DNA of 64,000 nucleotides, taken from contig CM082584.2 of assembly GCA_040954595.2 (NCBI GenBank), forward strand, positions 5,894,110 through 5,958,109, written 5' to 3'. This document shows, one piece after another, positions 1-11,700 of the stretch. Below the pieces are notes generated by a model. That model saw nothing but the letters and a program-made list of their open reading frames with translations. It was not told the origin of the DNA and made no database searches. This stretch comes from Balanoglossus misakiensis. Taxonomy: Eukaryota > Animalia > Hemichordata. Position numbers and translations under genes: made by a program. The number at the start of each line of letters is the position of its first letter. Positions within the stretch are counted from its first letter, which is position 1.

Positions 1-3000
1 AGGCAGACATACACCTTTTTCTCTCGTACAGGTTTGGGCGATTTGATGTACAACGCTCCGGTGAAGTCAACTCCGGTTACGTTGAAAGGCGGGGCTGTTT
101 TCACACGATCTGCTTGTAGCGGTGCTTGTCTTGGGTAGCTGTAGGCGTGCCCGTTGATTTTGCGGCATGTGACACACTTACTCAGTAGAGCTCTCACGGT
201 ACGGCGTATTCTCGGTATCCAGAATTTCTGCCGTAAATGAGCTACAGTCGATTGTACTCCGGCGTGAAGTAAACGCGAATGCGCGTCGCGAATGACGAGT
301 TCCGTGAATCGATGGTTTCGCGGTAGCAGAATTGGGAATTTGGCGTCGAAGCCAATTGGCGCGTTATGTAGTCTGCTATCACATCTTGTGATGTCTCTGT
401 CATCGGTGAAAAGTTTCAGCGGCTTCGTCAGAGCGGCTCGTTGTCCTGTTTCGCCGAAAGTCTGTTTTTGGGTGTCCTTGATCCATGTGTTTTCGGCATG
501 TTGTATTTCCTCAGCTGTGAGGGGACCGAATTTCCGAGTGCTGTTCCGTTTTATGTTCGAAACGAATCGTAGCACTTGTGCGGTGACACGGAGAAGTTTG
601 TTCAACGTGCTGAACCGATTCGCGTCAATCACTTGTTGTATTCCGGTTGTCTGGGGTTTAGCGGTCAAACAGTCCGCGAGTTTTTCATCTTGAAGTCTCG
701 TCTCGAGGGGGTTACTCGCGGGGAGAAGTTCCGATTCATTCACCGTCGATACCGGTGCGTGGTGAATCGCGCTGTCGAACACTTCACTTATAGGCCAGTC
801 GCCTTGTTTCAGCCAAGGTGGGCCGTTCCACCAAAGGCCAGACTCACGTAGATTAGCGATAGAAATCCCGCGGGTCAGCAAATCTGCCGGATTGTCTCCC
901 GTGGGACAGTATTTCGCTGTGCAGGAAATCGCGTTTATTTCTCTTACACGATTGGCAACGAAGATCGGAAGTTTCTTGTCGCTGTTCAACCAATGTAGGA
1001 CTATTTGACTATCAGACCACAGAATTTTCTCTGTGATGCGGATTTTGCCTTGTAGGGAGTTTGAGACGAATTGCAACAGCCTTGCACCGATCAAGGCGGC
1101 CATCAGTTCGAGGCGCGGGAGAGTGAACTCTTTGAGAGGTGCCACGCGATTCTTTGCCATGACAACCGCGGTTTGATTGGCATGTCGTAAGTAGGCGACG
1201 GCTCCATAGGCCTTCATGCTGGAGTCGGCGAACACGTGGAGCTCATAGTTTTGATTGACAGGCGAGTTGTCAAAATATCGGCGATTGAGTTTCAACGTGG
1301 TCGTTTCGCGTATTTCTCTTGCGATGTCTGTCCACTGTTTATTGAGTTCGTTTTCTAGCGGTTCGTCCCAGGCGAGACCTTTTATCCACAGTTGCTGTAT
1401 AAACAGTTTCGCCTTAATGAGAACTGGCGAAAGATACCCCAGAGGGTCGTATAAGCTGGCAGTGGTTCGAACCACTTCACGTTTCGTAGTGAGATTGTCC
1501 GGTGTTTGGAGATTCTTCTTCGCGTAGGCGAGTTCGTCGGTTTCGGTTAACCAGCGAAGTCCTAGTGTGTTCACGTCAGTAGCGCGTTCGAGTTTATCAT
1601 CCTTTGCAGCAAGTGCGCGAACATCTTCACAGTTACTCGACCAACTTCGTAGATTGAATCCGCAAGATTCTAACAGACGGTTTGACTCTCTGTAGTAGCC
1701 AACTGCTTCGCTCGGGCTGTCAGCTCCGCTGAGTATGTTGTCAACGTAGATATTATTTTTGAGATCGATGGAAGTTGGCGTGGATTGAGCGGACTCGAGA
1801 TGGGTTTTCACGACTGCGTTTAAAATGAATGGCGAGCAAACTGCGCCGAATAGAACTACTTTGAAGCGATATGTTTTGAAGTCGCTTTCCGGGTCTGTCG
1901 GATCAGACAACCACAAAAACTTCGTAAATTGACGATCGCTTTCGTCAAGTCGGACATGCAGAAAAGCCTTTTCTATGTCACTCGTAAGGGCAAAGCGGTT
2001 TGCGCGAAACCGAAGTAGAATTTGTGTGAGGTCGTTGAGCAGAGGCGGGCCGGTTTGCAGGCAGTCATTCAAACTCGGTGTGTCGGTAGATTGCCTGCAA
2101 CTACAATCATACACGATTCTGATTGGCGTAGTGGCTGAATCTTTTTTCACGGGGCGATGGGGCAAGTAGTGACCGGTGCGGCGCGTGTCCATGTCGCCTG
2201 GTACTTCTTCGATGAAATCTCGCGATTCTTGATCAGAAATGATTTTGTCATACGCTTTCAGAATGTCCGGTGAAAGCCTACGCGCCATAGAACGCGTGCG
2301 ATTATCAGTGACCCCGTAGTTAACGGGTAGTGGCGGGTGGTTGGACTTCCATGGCAACTTCGCGATATATGTGCCATTTTCGATGCGCAAATGTGTGTCT
2401 CTGTAATCTTCAAAGGTATTGTTATCCATAGCAGCAGATTGCGAATCGTCTTGAATACCGATTGTCTCGAGGTTCCAATAATTTTGGAGTTGAATCTCTT
2501 CGTCGTGCGTGTTTGAGAGAACATGAAAAATCGTAGCATCGCTATCGGACGATTTTGTCTTGTGAACGGGACCGGACAGTAGGTAACCGAATTTCGAGCG
2601 TACAGCGGTTGGGCCTGAGCCACGAATAACTCGATCTTCGACAAAATCCCAGTAGTAGTCCGCGCCTATTAACACGGAAATCTCGAACGAATCGGTGTTC
2701 GATACCGGGTAAGCAAAGTTTAGTCCGCGTAGGTGAGGCAAGTCAGCAACTGGTTGCTTGACAAAGTTTTTCATTCGCGTCGAAATCTGCGGAATGATGA
2801 GAACGTTTATCTCTTTCTTTTCGCCGGAAAGCGTGTGCAATGCAATGGTCGCTGCATTGATCGATCTTTGTCGCGGATATTTGTCACCGAAGGAAGTCAG
2901 TCTAATGACCTCGGTACCGGTCGGTTCTAAACCGAGTCTTGTCGCGAAATCTTGGGTCACGAATGAACGCGTCGCGCCTTCGTCGAATAACACTGTGGCG

Positions 3001-4445
3001 TCAATTGTCGTTTGAAATTTCGTAGAGACTGGAACGACCGCGGTTTTCAGGAGAATTGGTCCGTTTCTCGCTTTCTCGCGACTCGAGTTCTCAGTACGGG
3101 CGAACTGAACGTGTGTAGCGGAAGGAGTGCGCGCGTCTTCCGTCGGGGTTTTCGAACTGTCCGAAGCTCGATCAGTATGAAGCGAGGTATGATGCTTTCT
3201 GTTGCATGAACGGCAACTGAATCTCGATTTGCAATCGTGTACTCGATGCCTGCCGAGGCAGTTAAAACAGAGTTTGTCGCGTTTGACGATGTCAAGACGT
3301 TTCTTCTTATCGGTAATGGTTGTGCATTCATTGGCAAAATGTTGCCCTTTGCAAAACGCACACGATTTCGGTTTATTGACCCTAGCGAAACGGGTTGCGG
3401 ATCTAGTGTGAAACGCGGCGGTCATCGACGGCTTGCATTCGTCGTATGTAGAATCGCTGTCGGATTCAGCGGTGGAGAGGCCAGCTTGAAGAGCGTCGAT
3501 TTCTTTGAGAATTGCCTTTCGTAGGTCGCCGAGTTTCCATTCATTATTACCGTGTTCTCGTGCGATTTGTTTGCGAGTGTTACCGGGAAGTTTTTCCAAG
3601 ACTATGGGTACGAGTAGATCTCCGTACGCGTCTTCGTTTTTACCGAGAGATTGGAGACCGCGAATATTACTCTCTAGAGTGTCGTAGAAGTTTCGTAGAC
3701 TGCTGAGTTCGCCTTCTGGACTCGGCATGTCCCACAGCGATTTCATGTAGGCGCTTATAATCTTGTGTGTTTTGCCATAACGTTCGGTGAGAAGTTGAAG
3801 CGCGTGTGCGTAGTTCGAACTTGTCAATGACAGACCTTCGATCGATCGAGCGGCTTCGCCTTGAAGCTGTGCGCGTAAGTATTGGAATTTCTGGACGTCT
3901 CCCAGATTCTTGTCGTCGTGGACAGCGGATTTGAACGCGTCGTGGAAACTGACCCATTTGAGAATGTCACCCGAAAAGACGGGTAGCTGAAGTTTCGGCA
4001 AACTTGTAGTTTTCCTTTGAATGGAGGGTGCCGCGGAAGTGATTTCTTCGTGGGAAGATCGGTCGGGCGATGTCGCTCGCGAATTTCTGTCGATGAATCG
4101 GCCGATCTTGAGCTTTCTATCGAAAACATGATGCAAGTAGTCGTCGGTTTCCTCGATCACGCCTTCGAGGTCGCCTTCGTCAACGGATTCGATGATCTTC
4201 AAGTCTAGGGATGCGAGAATGTCGTATTTCGCGTTTATCAGTTCGCGCGTGGTGATGAGGGTATCGAGAGCTTCGATCTTGTCATCGTTCTCTTCAAATG
4301 ATGAGATGATATCCTCTGCTTTGTTGAGAAGTCTTGTCATGGATCCACGGTGACCCCTTCGTGTACCTTTCAGCCTGTTGAGCGAGTTTGCTCCTGGGAC
4401 CGCCTGAGCGGGTGCTGGATGCTCCTGTTCCTCTGGTTCTGCCAT
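1..4445 (-). CDS. Bel/Pao LTR retrotransposon Gag-Pol polyprotein (Gag, Zn knuckles, aspartic protease, RT, RNase H, start of integrase); continues beyond left window edge
   Basis: The frame of the ATG at 4445 (MAEPEEQEHP...MTRLLNKAED) is the same as at position 2 (...KKVYVCL), and no ORF-track ORF terminates in this frame. Motifs: CAFCKGQHFANEC and CFNCLGRH..C..C..C...HH knuckles; LFDEGATRS protease; IYVDN RT; HVFADSSMKAYG, RLELMAA, WSDS and NPADLLTRG RNase H; H..FWIPR..CVTC and PFNVTGVDFTG integrase. The domain order and YVDN motif are typical of Bel/Pao. Confidence 0.93.
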   Translation of the reverse strand, partial: MAEPEEQEHPAPAQAVPGANSLNRLKGTRRGHRGSMTRLLNKAEDIISSFEENDDKIEALDTLITTRELINAKYDILASLDLKIIESVDEGDLEGVIEETDDYLHHVFDRKLKIGRFIDRNSRATSPDRSSHEEITSAAPSIQRKTTSLPKLQLPVFSGDILKWVSFHDAFKSAVHDDKNLGDVQKFQYLRAQLQGEAARSIEGLSLTSSNYAHALQLLTERYGKTHKIISAYMKSLWDMPSPEGELSSLRNFYDTLESNIRGLQSLGKNEDAYGDLLVPIVLEKLPGNTRKQIAREHGNNEWKLGDLRKAILKEIDALQAGLSTAESDSDSTYDECKPSMTAAFHTRSATRFARVNKPKSCAFCKGQHFANECTTITDKKKRLDIVKRDKLCFNCLGRHRVHDCKSRFSCRSCNRKHHTSLHTDRASDSSKTPTEDARTPSATHVQFARTENSSREKARNGPILLKTAVVPVSTKFQTTIDATVLFDEGATRSFVTQDFATRLGLEPTGTEVIRLTSFGDKYPRQRSINAATIALHTLSGEKKEINVLIIPQISTRMKNFVKQPVADLPHLRGLNFAYPVSNTDSFEISVLIGADYYWDFVEDRVIRGSGPTAVRSKFGYLLSGPVHKTKSSDSDATIFHVLSNTHDEEIQLQNYWNLETIGIQDDSQSAAMDNNTFEDYRDTHLRIENGTYIAKLPWKSNHPPLPVNYGVTDNRTRSMARRLSPDILKAYDKIISDQESRDFIEEVPGDMDTRRTGHYLPHRPVKKDSATTPIRIVYDCSCRQSTDTPSLNDCLQTGPPLLNDLTQILLRFRANRFALTSDIEKAFLHVRLDESDRQFTKFLWLSDPTDPESDFKTYRFKVVLFGAVCSPFILNAVVKTHLESAQSTPTSIDLKNNIYVDNILSGADSPSEAVGYYRESNRLLESCGFNLRSWSSNCEDVRALAAKDDKLERATDVNTLGLRWLTETDELAYAKKNLQTPDNLTTKREVVRTTASLYDPLGYLSPVLIKAKLFIQQLWIKGLAWDEPLENELNKQWTDIAREIRETTTLKLNRRYFDNSPVNQNYELHVFADSSMKAYGAVAYLRHANQTAVVMAKNRVAPLKEFTLPRLELMAALIGARLLQFVSNSLQGKIRITEKILWSDSQIVLHWLNSDKKLPIFVANRVREINAISCTAKYCPTGDNPADLLTRGISIANLRESGLWWNGPPWLKQGDWPISEVFDSAIHHAPVSTVNESELLPASNPLETRLQDEKLADCLTAKPQTTGIQQVIDANRFSTLNKLLRVTAQVLRFVSNIKRNSTRKFGPLTAEEIQHAENTWIKDTQKQTFGETGQRAALTKPLKLFTDDRDITRCDSRLHNAPIGFDAKFPILLPRNHRFTELVIRDAHSRLLHAGVQSTVAHLRQKFWIPRIRRTVRALLSKCVTCRKINGHAYSYPRQAPLQADRVKTAPPFNVTGVDFTGALYIKSPKPVREKKVYVC

Positions 4446-4456
4446 CATTACTGGTA

Positions 4457-4475
4457 AATCCTGGTCTCGGCACCA
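4457..4475 (-). promoter_or_regulatory. Primer-binding site of the Bel/Pao element (tRNA 3' end complement, Phe or His type)
   Basis: Minus strand reads TGGTGCCGAGACCAGGATT, 4 nt from the presumed LTR end and about 10 nt upstream of the gag ATG. Confidence 0.8.
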
Positions 4476-4479
4476 AAAA

Positions 4480-4798
4480 TGTGACGTACTTTACGTCTGG
4501 GGTGGATTTATGAACAAGGTTCTGGGGGATGGCAGGGGAAATTACAGGAGCGGGACGCAGCTGTACAACCTTTAAACAGCTTTATTGAAGGTCACTCAAG
4601 AAGAAGTGATTACACAAGCACAAAACGCCAGCCAAAAAGTAGCAAATTTTGTTTTGGTGGGAAAGATATGTCATTGGGTGATTAACTAGGCCTCTGATTG
4701 GGCTAAAATACTCAGCTCTGATTGGCTCAAAGTATCCGAGCTGTGATCCTCAGAATGACTCATGGTCAGAGTTTTTAGCATCTCCGATATGGCTGACA
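4480..4798 (-). mobile_element. 5' LTR of Bel/Pao element (outer boundary uncertain)
   Basis: The TGT at 4480 (CA end on the minus strand) abuts the PBS. There is a minus-strand AATAAA at 4581-4586, two CCAATCAGAG boxes at ~4692-4725, and a candidate outer end ...CTGACA at 4798. Confidence 0.6.
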
Positions 4799-5158
4799 AT
4801 CAGACCCACTCCATGTCCTCTATAAATACTTGCAGTGAGGCCTGCACTAAAGGTCACATTAGCCTTAACAAATGAGTGGACAGATAAAAGATACACAAGT
4901 GTCTAAAATTCCATAAACTGCAGGGATTAAACTCATAAAAATCAAAATTACAATAAACATCAGGAGTGGGTGGGTTGGGCAAATGCCTTGTCTGCTAAGC
5001 TACACGCAGTATGTTGTGGCTGACAATCAGACCCACTCCATGTCCTCTATAAATACTTGCAGTGAGGCCTGCACTAAAGGTCACATTAGCCTTAACAAAT
5101 GAGTGGACAGATAAAAGATACACCAGTGTCTAAAATTCCATAAACTGCAGGGATTAAA
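4790..5158. repeat. ~141-bp near-perfect direct duplication (4790-4931 and 5017-5158)
   Basis: TGGCTGACAATCAGACCCACTCC...CTGCAGGGATTAAA occurs twice, separated by about 85 bp. Confidence 0.9.
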
Positions 5159-5932
5159 ACACACCTGTGACATTTAAACTTGTATAAAAAAATGATACCA
5201 TCCTAAATCACCGGTGCAATATACATAATAATAGGTAAATTTGTATAACAAAACACCTATTAGTACAATATAACATCTTATTTGTAAATTCACCCCATTT
5301 GGGTTTCTGCAACAATTTTAACAAATCTATGGTAATTCAGACCACCTATCACTTCAGAAATGAAGATTTTTTTTACCAATAATGTGGAAAAAGTAAAAAA
5401 AAATGCACACAAAAATAGAAAATTCATAATATTAGCTCAAAACATACAGGACTGTATGAGGTTGACATAAGGTACATCCACACTAATTTTTGTTGATGAC
5501 TTGTATTACAAAAATTAAGTATAACTGTGCGTTCAACTTAAGGCTGGGGTAGTGTGACCAGCTGTACCTGTGAAATGTTTTAAGTGGCTCAACATGGGTT
5601 CATCTGTCACCACTTTCCATTCACAGCAAAAAATTAATACATGTTCAAATGAGCTCTGATTACTAGTATCACTTCTGTTGTTTCAGCACATTGTTGAAAT
5701 TCTGACTTTTTCTGTTCTCATGAGAACAGTGAAAAATAATTTTGGTCAACAATGAAGATAGTAGCTATTTTTCAAAGTACCGTAGAAGGGTACACATTCT
5801 GATAGGCGGGTTGACGAAGTAATGAAGGAATGTGTGAGAATGGGCTTTTTTGTTTGGCAGTACAACTGGCTATCCAGATTTTTGACTGTTTCCCTTGTTG
5901 ATGCTAATCTGCCAACTCCGATTATGGGAATC

Positions 5933-8900
5933 TTAAAATACTCGTTCACCATCGGCCTGAATTGGGTCTGGCTGAGTTGGAAACATATCCCGATAAATTT
6001 TTCTTTTCTCATCTTGTTGATGGATAGGACTGTCAATAACATTTCTGCGAATATCCTTCATTATGTCTATCATTGCCATTCCCAACTCTAAGTCCGACCT
6101 AGAAGATTGGTGCATAAATAAACCTCGAGTATGCACGTAGAGAAGATCACCCTTAACTGAAAATATGGGAGATCCCGATGAACCATGGAACATGCAGGTG
6201 TGATAGACTCCACGATATCGCTTAAGTGCTGCAATTTCCTCAGGAGTTATTACTTCTAATTCTACACAAGCTTTAAGTACTTTGTCGAACTCGCCAGGAG
6301 TTGTACGACTTAATAGGTCACACTGAAGTGGTTTTCCATCAGGGTGACCAATCAAGCAAAGCCTCAATTTTTCCCCCTTTGTTGGGTCTTCGACATATTG
6401 ACCAAGTGGCGAAGGTGCCATACTCCGTCCACCTTGATCACCAGTGTCCATCTGGTCACCAGCCTCAACATCCAACTCTAATATGACGTAATCCAACTCC
6501 TCATTACAGAAATGCTTCAGAATTGCATCGCTGCTAGATTTCAAAGAAAACCTCTGTTTGCATTGGGATATCTCACCCCTGATGTAATTAAAAATGACTA
6601 TTACCTCATCAGGCTTCAGGATTGGCTGCTGTTTACGCATTGTTTTCTCAATATCAGCAATAACATGATGATTGGTTATGATGTAATTAGAGCCTAATCT
6701 GAACACTGTCCCAGACACAGGTGACCCCCCTACATTGTCTGGACAAATAATTATCCCTGTGTATTCTTGAAAGATATTTATAATGTTAATCGGTAAACTT
6801 TTCTCTCTTGTACTGAAACAGTAGGTTACTTCATGGTCTTCCATCGTTTCAGTGGTACATCTACCGGTATGTTTGGACTTCATGTCCTGTCTGTCGAGAA
6901 AAAAGCCACATATACGGTACTAGATGAAGGACTTATAACCATGGAAGATACCAAAATTCTTGTAATGACTATGTGACTAGTTTACATACATGTACCATGC
7001 TCAAACTGGCCCACTTTCAACAGGAAAATTAATTTCTCATTTCCATATCATTTGCCGGCGGCAATACATATGCAATAATGGGCATCGGCGCTGTGATAAT
7101 TTGCATGAAGGTTTGAAGAGTGAACTGACGTTTTGACTGTCCAATTAATGCTATTGATAGATCAGAACAGAGACCAGGGTAATAATTCTGCTGAGACATG
7201 CCAATCAGATTGTGTAAATGCCAATATGGGTAAGACATATCATGACATTAATTTACTTACACTAGATTGCTCAATATCACAATTCCATTTTTCCGTCTTT
7301 CTTCTTTGGGCGTTTCTTCTTTGATGCCACCATGTAGGAGTTTGCCATCAGAATCTAAAATACATTATATTCGAGAATCACCATCCTTTCATCTGTTAGA
7401 CATATTGAACACCACAAACTTCATGCTGAACTTGCTGCAGACTGACACCTCAGATCGTACTTTAACATCGACGCCACCATATGTTATCTTGTTAATGTTG
7501 TAAATTGTTATACTTTCGATGCACCGTCAATCTGCTGTCATGACCTTGTTTTAAACAAATCATCCATCACGTTGAATGTTGGTGAACAACAAGGCATACC
7601 ATGTGAATGATGTAGTGATTTTCCTTCAGGTTTTTGTTTTGCCTTAATTGCTTTCATAGTATATAAACAAACCGAACGTATTCTGTGTTACATCTAGTAA
7701 AAAAGGGTTTATATTTACCATTCCCTGATGCTTCCTTCACCATAATGTTCGACTGTGTATCCTGGATGATGGATAAATTTGGTGAATTGTTTAAGAGGAA
7801 AAGCTTAAGAACTGGACATAAATCTGTTTTATCACTGATTATGCACTGCAGTAAATAAGCCATTTACTAGTAACATATATTATTTGATAACATTAATGTT
7901 TCTGTCGAGAATACTTTTGGATCAGGATTTTAATTTCTTATTTATAGCAATTCCATGTAAATATTATTTTAAAGTAGCTCCGTACTACTTTAGGTAATCA
8001 CTTCATGAATCAACACTTAACTTTCTGACATTGGTATGTTTTAGACACAAGGACAAGCAGTCAACAATGTATACAAAGTTATATACCAAAACATTTCCCA
8101 ACTAGAAAAAAGTATGACACCAAAATATAGATGCCAGCTATATGATATACTTTACCACAGTCCACAATCGTCATGTTTGTTGATACACAAAACTTTTAAA
8201 GCTAATTTACCCGAGCAATATCCGAAGCATCACGATCACGAGATAATTTAACTCCTTGTGCTTTGTACTCTTCAATGGCACTTGACTCCATTACAGCTGA
8301 CACCGGCTGAAAATATTCATTGTGTATGAAGATAAATTTTAGCAATTGCGAGAGCTGCAGGCAATGTTTTTTGGAACACTTGTACAGCTATGGCATATAT
8401 TCCATGCATGAACCAATTTACAAGAGTCACATTTTGTATGTCGTAATTCATATTTGTTGGTTATTGAACCTACCCTTGGTGCAGGAGGCAAAGTTTCTGG
8501 ACTTTCATCTTCATCTTCATTTTCAGTTGGCCGAGATTCCTCAATTGGAAAACCTTTCATTGGAATAAAAAATATGCACATTCAATGTAGAGTCAAATTA
8601 AAATCGCTTCCCCCTCTCATAACGCAAACCCTCGCTTGCACATGGACATGTGTATTTTTATTGGAGGCATCTACAGCAGTAGCTCATATAATCGCAATGG
8701 ATACCTAAAATCACCACAGAACATATTTTTTCTGAATCATATTTACCTTTCTTCGAATCATATTTACCTTCCTTCAATTTATTGTAACAGGTTACACAAA
8801 CCCGAACCCGAACCTTTTTATTGTCCAGATATACCAACTCTGCTGACTTGTTACAGCAACCTCCACAGAAAACCTGCAGATACAGAAATTAGCAAGAAAT

Positions 8901-9323
8901 AAATTAATTACAGGATGCGTAGATTATATGAGGTGGTGGTTGAAGTGACATCCTATGACACATATTGTTGGTGTGCCTCCCTCTTATGTTCGCTCAGCTT
9001 TGTGAAATCATTTACCAAATCAAAATTATGTTTGACAATTTTACCCAAAACTAACACCACAATTCAGCCGACAAAAACAGCAGTTATCCGGCATCAAAAA
9101 ATTTAATGTAAATTTCCTTTGTGGTGTTACTTTTGGGTAAAATTATGCAAACAAATATGAAACTCACGTATCCGCAGGCTTTACAGTTGTGCCGTCTTCT
9201 TATGACATTCTTAAACTTCCTGGTGCAATTTTTGCAATTTTTCTCACTTAATTTTGTAATCATCTGCGGTTGCACACGTCCGTGTTGAGGTAGTGACTGA
9301 TTATCATTTACACTCATTGCCAT
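5933..9323 (-). CDS. FYVE-type zinc finger fused to a FAM111-like trypsin-type serine protease, ~538 aa, 7 coding exons
   Basis: Phase-consistent GT-AG exons: 9323-9168, 8873-8768, 8553-8474, 8306-8211, 7845-7719, 7354-7261, 6890-5933. The spliced N-terminus CKNC..RRHNCKACGYVFCGGCC..RVCVTCY has the FYVE Cys pattern. The last exon has GTVF..YIITNHHV (His), ELDYVILEL (Asp), LIGHPDG and YHTCMFHGSSGSPIF (Ser), as in FAM111A/B proteases. Confidence 0.8.
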
Positions 9324-10959
9324 TCCACCGTCACTGGATATCGGCCAATGAAGTATACGGTACCAACTGTTATTGGCAGACCCCAAGAACAAACTACACC
9401 TGAGAAGGAAGATCATTTGCTATTGCTGAGGCAAAAAACGTCACAACAAAAGACCTGGCTTCTTGTAACTTTGTTTCTTCACTGTTTCTGGTTCAGAATT
9501 GATTGTTGTATTTGGCTGTGTAGCCTGTCAATTTGTCAATAAAGGCAGTTGACTTTTGACCCCCAAACACAGGAGTGTCTTCGTGTTAATTTGATAGTAC
9601 CCCCGGTAGATTAGCTATACATTTAAATGCCCTTTAAAGGGACAAAGTGTCTCTTTGTGATCTCAAAAATTCATTTAATACTTAACTCCAAATTAATAAG
9701 TAACTCATATGATGACCATTCGTGGGTAGAATACCGGTACTGTGAACTGTGTTTTTGCCCTTTACACCTGGCCATACGTGCAATATGACTCTTGCTCAGT
9801 GGCAAGCAGTGTAAAATCGGCTGCCATGGCCGTATCGACAAGACTGTTGTGATCAGCGTCGTGTCCAGAGACGTATTCACTATCACACAGTCTTGGGGCA
9901 AGCTAGCAATGGCCATACGCAGGAATAATAGCTGATCACTGCATCTCACATGACTTAAGACAAACAGCACGTACACAGTCACGTGAGCGTGTCCACGCAG
10001 AATTCACGAACATTTCTGGTCGTCGTGCGTTACTGGAGGAGGTCATACAAGAGTGAGGTTTAACACTATTATAGTCCATGATGCCTGTGATCTGATAGCT
10101 CAGCTAAAATTCATAGAAATGTTCACGTTTTCATTACATTACAGATGAAAGCATGCAATAAAACACCAACTGAACCAGGTTACTGTTAATATTTAACTGT
10201 GAACAAGTCATGCATTACTATGTGTACTACCCATAAATTGTTTGTCCACCTAGCTGCCATACAAAGACACGTTTCTACATTTGTATGTCTTAAAAAGAAA
10301 ATTATCATTTCTCCATATGTAGCCGCGAACATTGATTGTATCACAAGAATGGACTAATCTCTATTAGTTACCACTATACTACAGGTATACAGGACATGCT
10401 TATAAGGTCTCAAATTTTGTTAGCAGTAGCTTCAAATTTCAAACCTGGAGTAAATGTATCTAGTGACATACGGTAAAGTGAAACCCACACAACTTACCTT
10501 GGCACAGTGGGTCATTAAAGTAGTTTTCCTGAGACTAAACCTTATTATGACGCTATTCCTATAAATAGGTGTCCACTCATGAGTAAAGTGTAAAGTGCAA
10601 AGTGCATGTAGAGCACCAGGACAATTACAGGAAAGGCCAGGCTCCACCCACATTTTTAGGTCTCATTTGGTTATGTACGGTAAATATAGCGCCAAAAGGC
10701 ACTGTGCTCGATGTTATAGTTATATGCACGTGAGGTCAGGCAGGTGAGGAAGAGACAGCATTGGATGGGGCCGACGAATCATTACCTATGAAAGGCAATT
10801 GATTTTCAGGCCCCCACCATGCTAGTCAAGAAGAACAGAGTCCGTCAGGCGCAGGATGAGAAAGGGGCAGTTGGAGAGGCTGATGCCGGCACTGGGAATC
10901 CCACCTCGAGAGAAGTCTTCACAGGCCAGCAGGAGGTCCCGGGCATAACGAAAATTATG

Positions 10960-11390
10960 ACACAAAACGGTACAATTAAGAAGCTGTGTCCGTACTTAAT
11001 GTCTGATGATCAATCCGCCCGCTCCTCAACGTCCACCTCACATCCCAGGCAAACTATGTCCCATTAATGAGGGAATTGTGAAATTCAAGGGGCAAAGTTA
11101 TATGATCCAGTATCTGCCAGCGAAGCCAATTAAATGGGGTTCAAGCTCTGGATCATCGCCTGCCCCCTTACCGGGTACTGCCTAAACATCGATCCATACA
11201 CCGGGAAGAAAGGTGGTCAAGTCGCCCAGAAAGGTCTGGGATATTCGGTTGTTTGGCAACTGTCGTGGATGTATCACAACACGAGCACGTTTTATTTTAT
11301 GATAATTTTTTGTTGTTGAAATTGGGTACCCTTTGCTGTAGTACAGTTCGCCCAAATCAAGTTGGTTTTCCTGTCGATTTCGAGAATCTG
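10960..11390 (+). pseudogene. Decayed piggyBac (PGBD/DDE_Tnp_1_7-like) transposase fragment
   Basis: Frameshifted EGIVKFKGQSYMIQYLPAKPIKW/GFKLWIIAC..TGYCLNIDPYTGK..LGYSVVWQL..VLFYDNF..GTLCCSTVRPN, a typical piggyBac catalytic core. Confidence 0.8.
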
Positions 11391-11444
11391 AAACTAGATT
11401 ACAGCATTGTTGTGTTTTCATCGACATTTCGTTGTAACACATAT

Positions 11445-11700
11445 GGTTCACATTGCATTTCCTGTCACAGGGATGACCAAGCGTGCAAACATGTTGCTGC
11501 CATGTTGTTTGTTTATGGTCTTTTGGTGAGCGACATCAGGACAGACACACTGTGGTTGGTACTGATGTTCAGTGCCAATGGGACCGACCCAAAAAGTCTG
11601 TGGTACCACAGCTTCTGGATGACATTGATGTCAGAACAAAGAGGTGCACTCAACTCGCACAACCGACAGTTGCTATTTGCCAGATGATCTTGAAAAAAGG
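11445..11700 (+). pseudogene. SWIM zinc-finger-like transposon fragment; partially duplicated at 16169-16380
   Basis: ACKHVAAMLF followed, after a frameshift, by TDVQCQWDRPKK. Bases 11511-11700 recur at 16169-16380. Confidence 0.55.

Noticed and set aside
292-4476. Many short ORFs on both strands in the ORF track
   Set aside because: They are antisense or off-frame shadows of the Bel/Pao gag-pol frame.
8655-8704. Possible alternative terminal exon (GIHCDYMSYCCRCLQ-stop with AATAAA) giving a FYVE-only isoform
   Set aside because: It would need a 42-63-nt intron with a weak pyrimidine tract and cannot be supported without transcripts.
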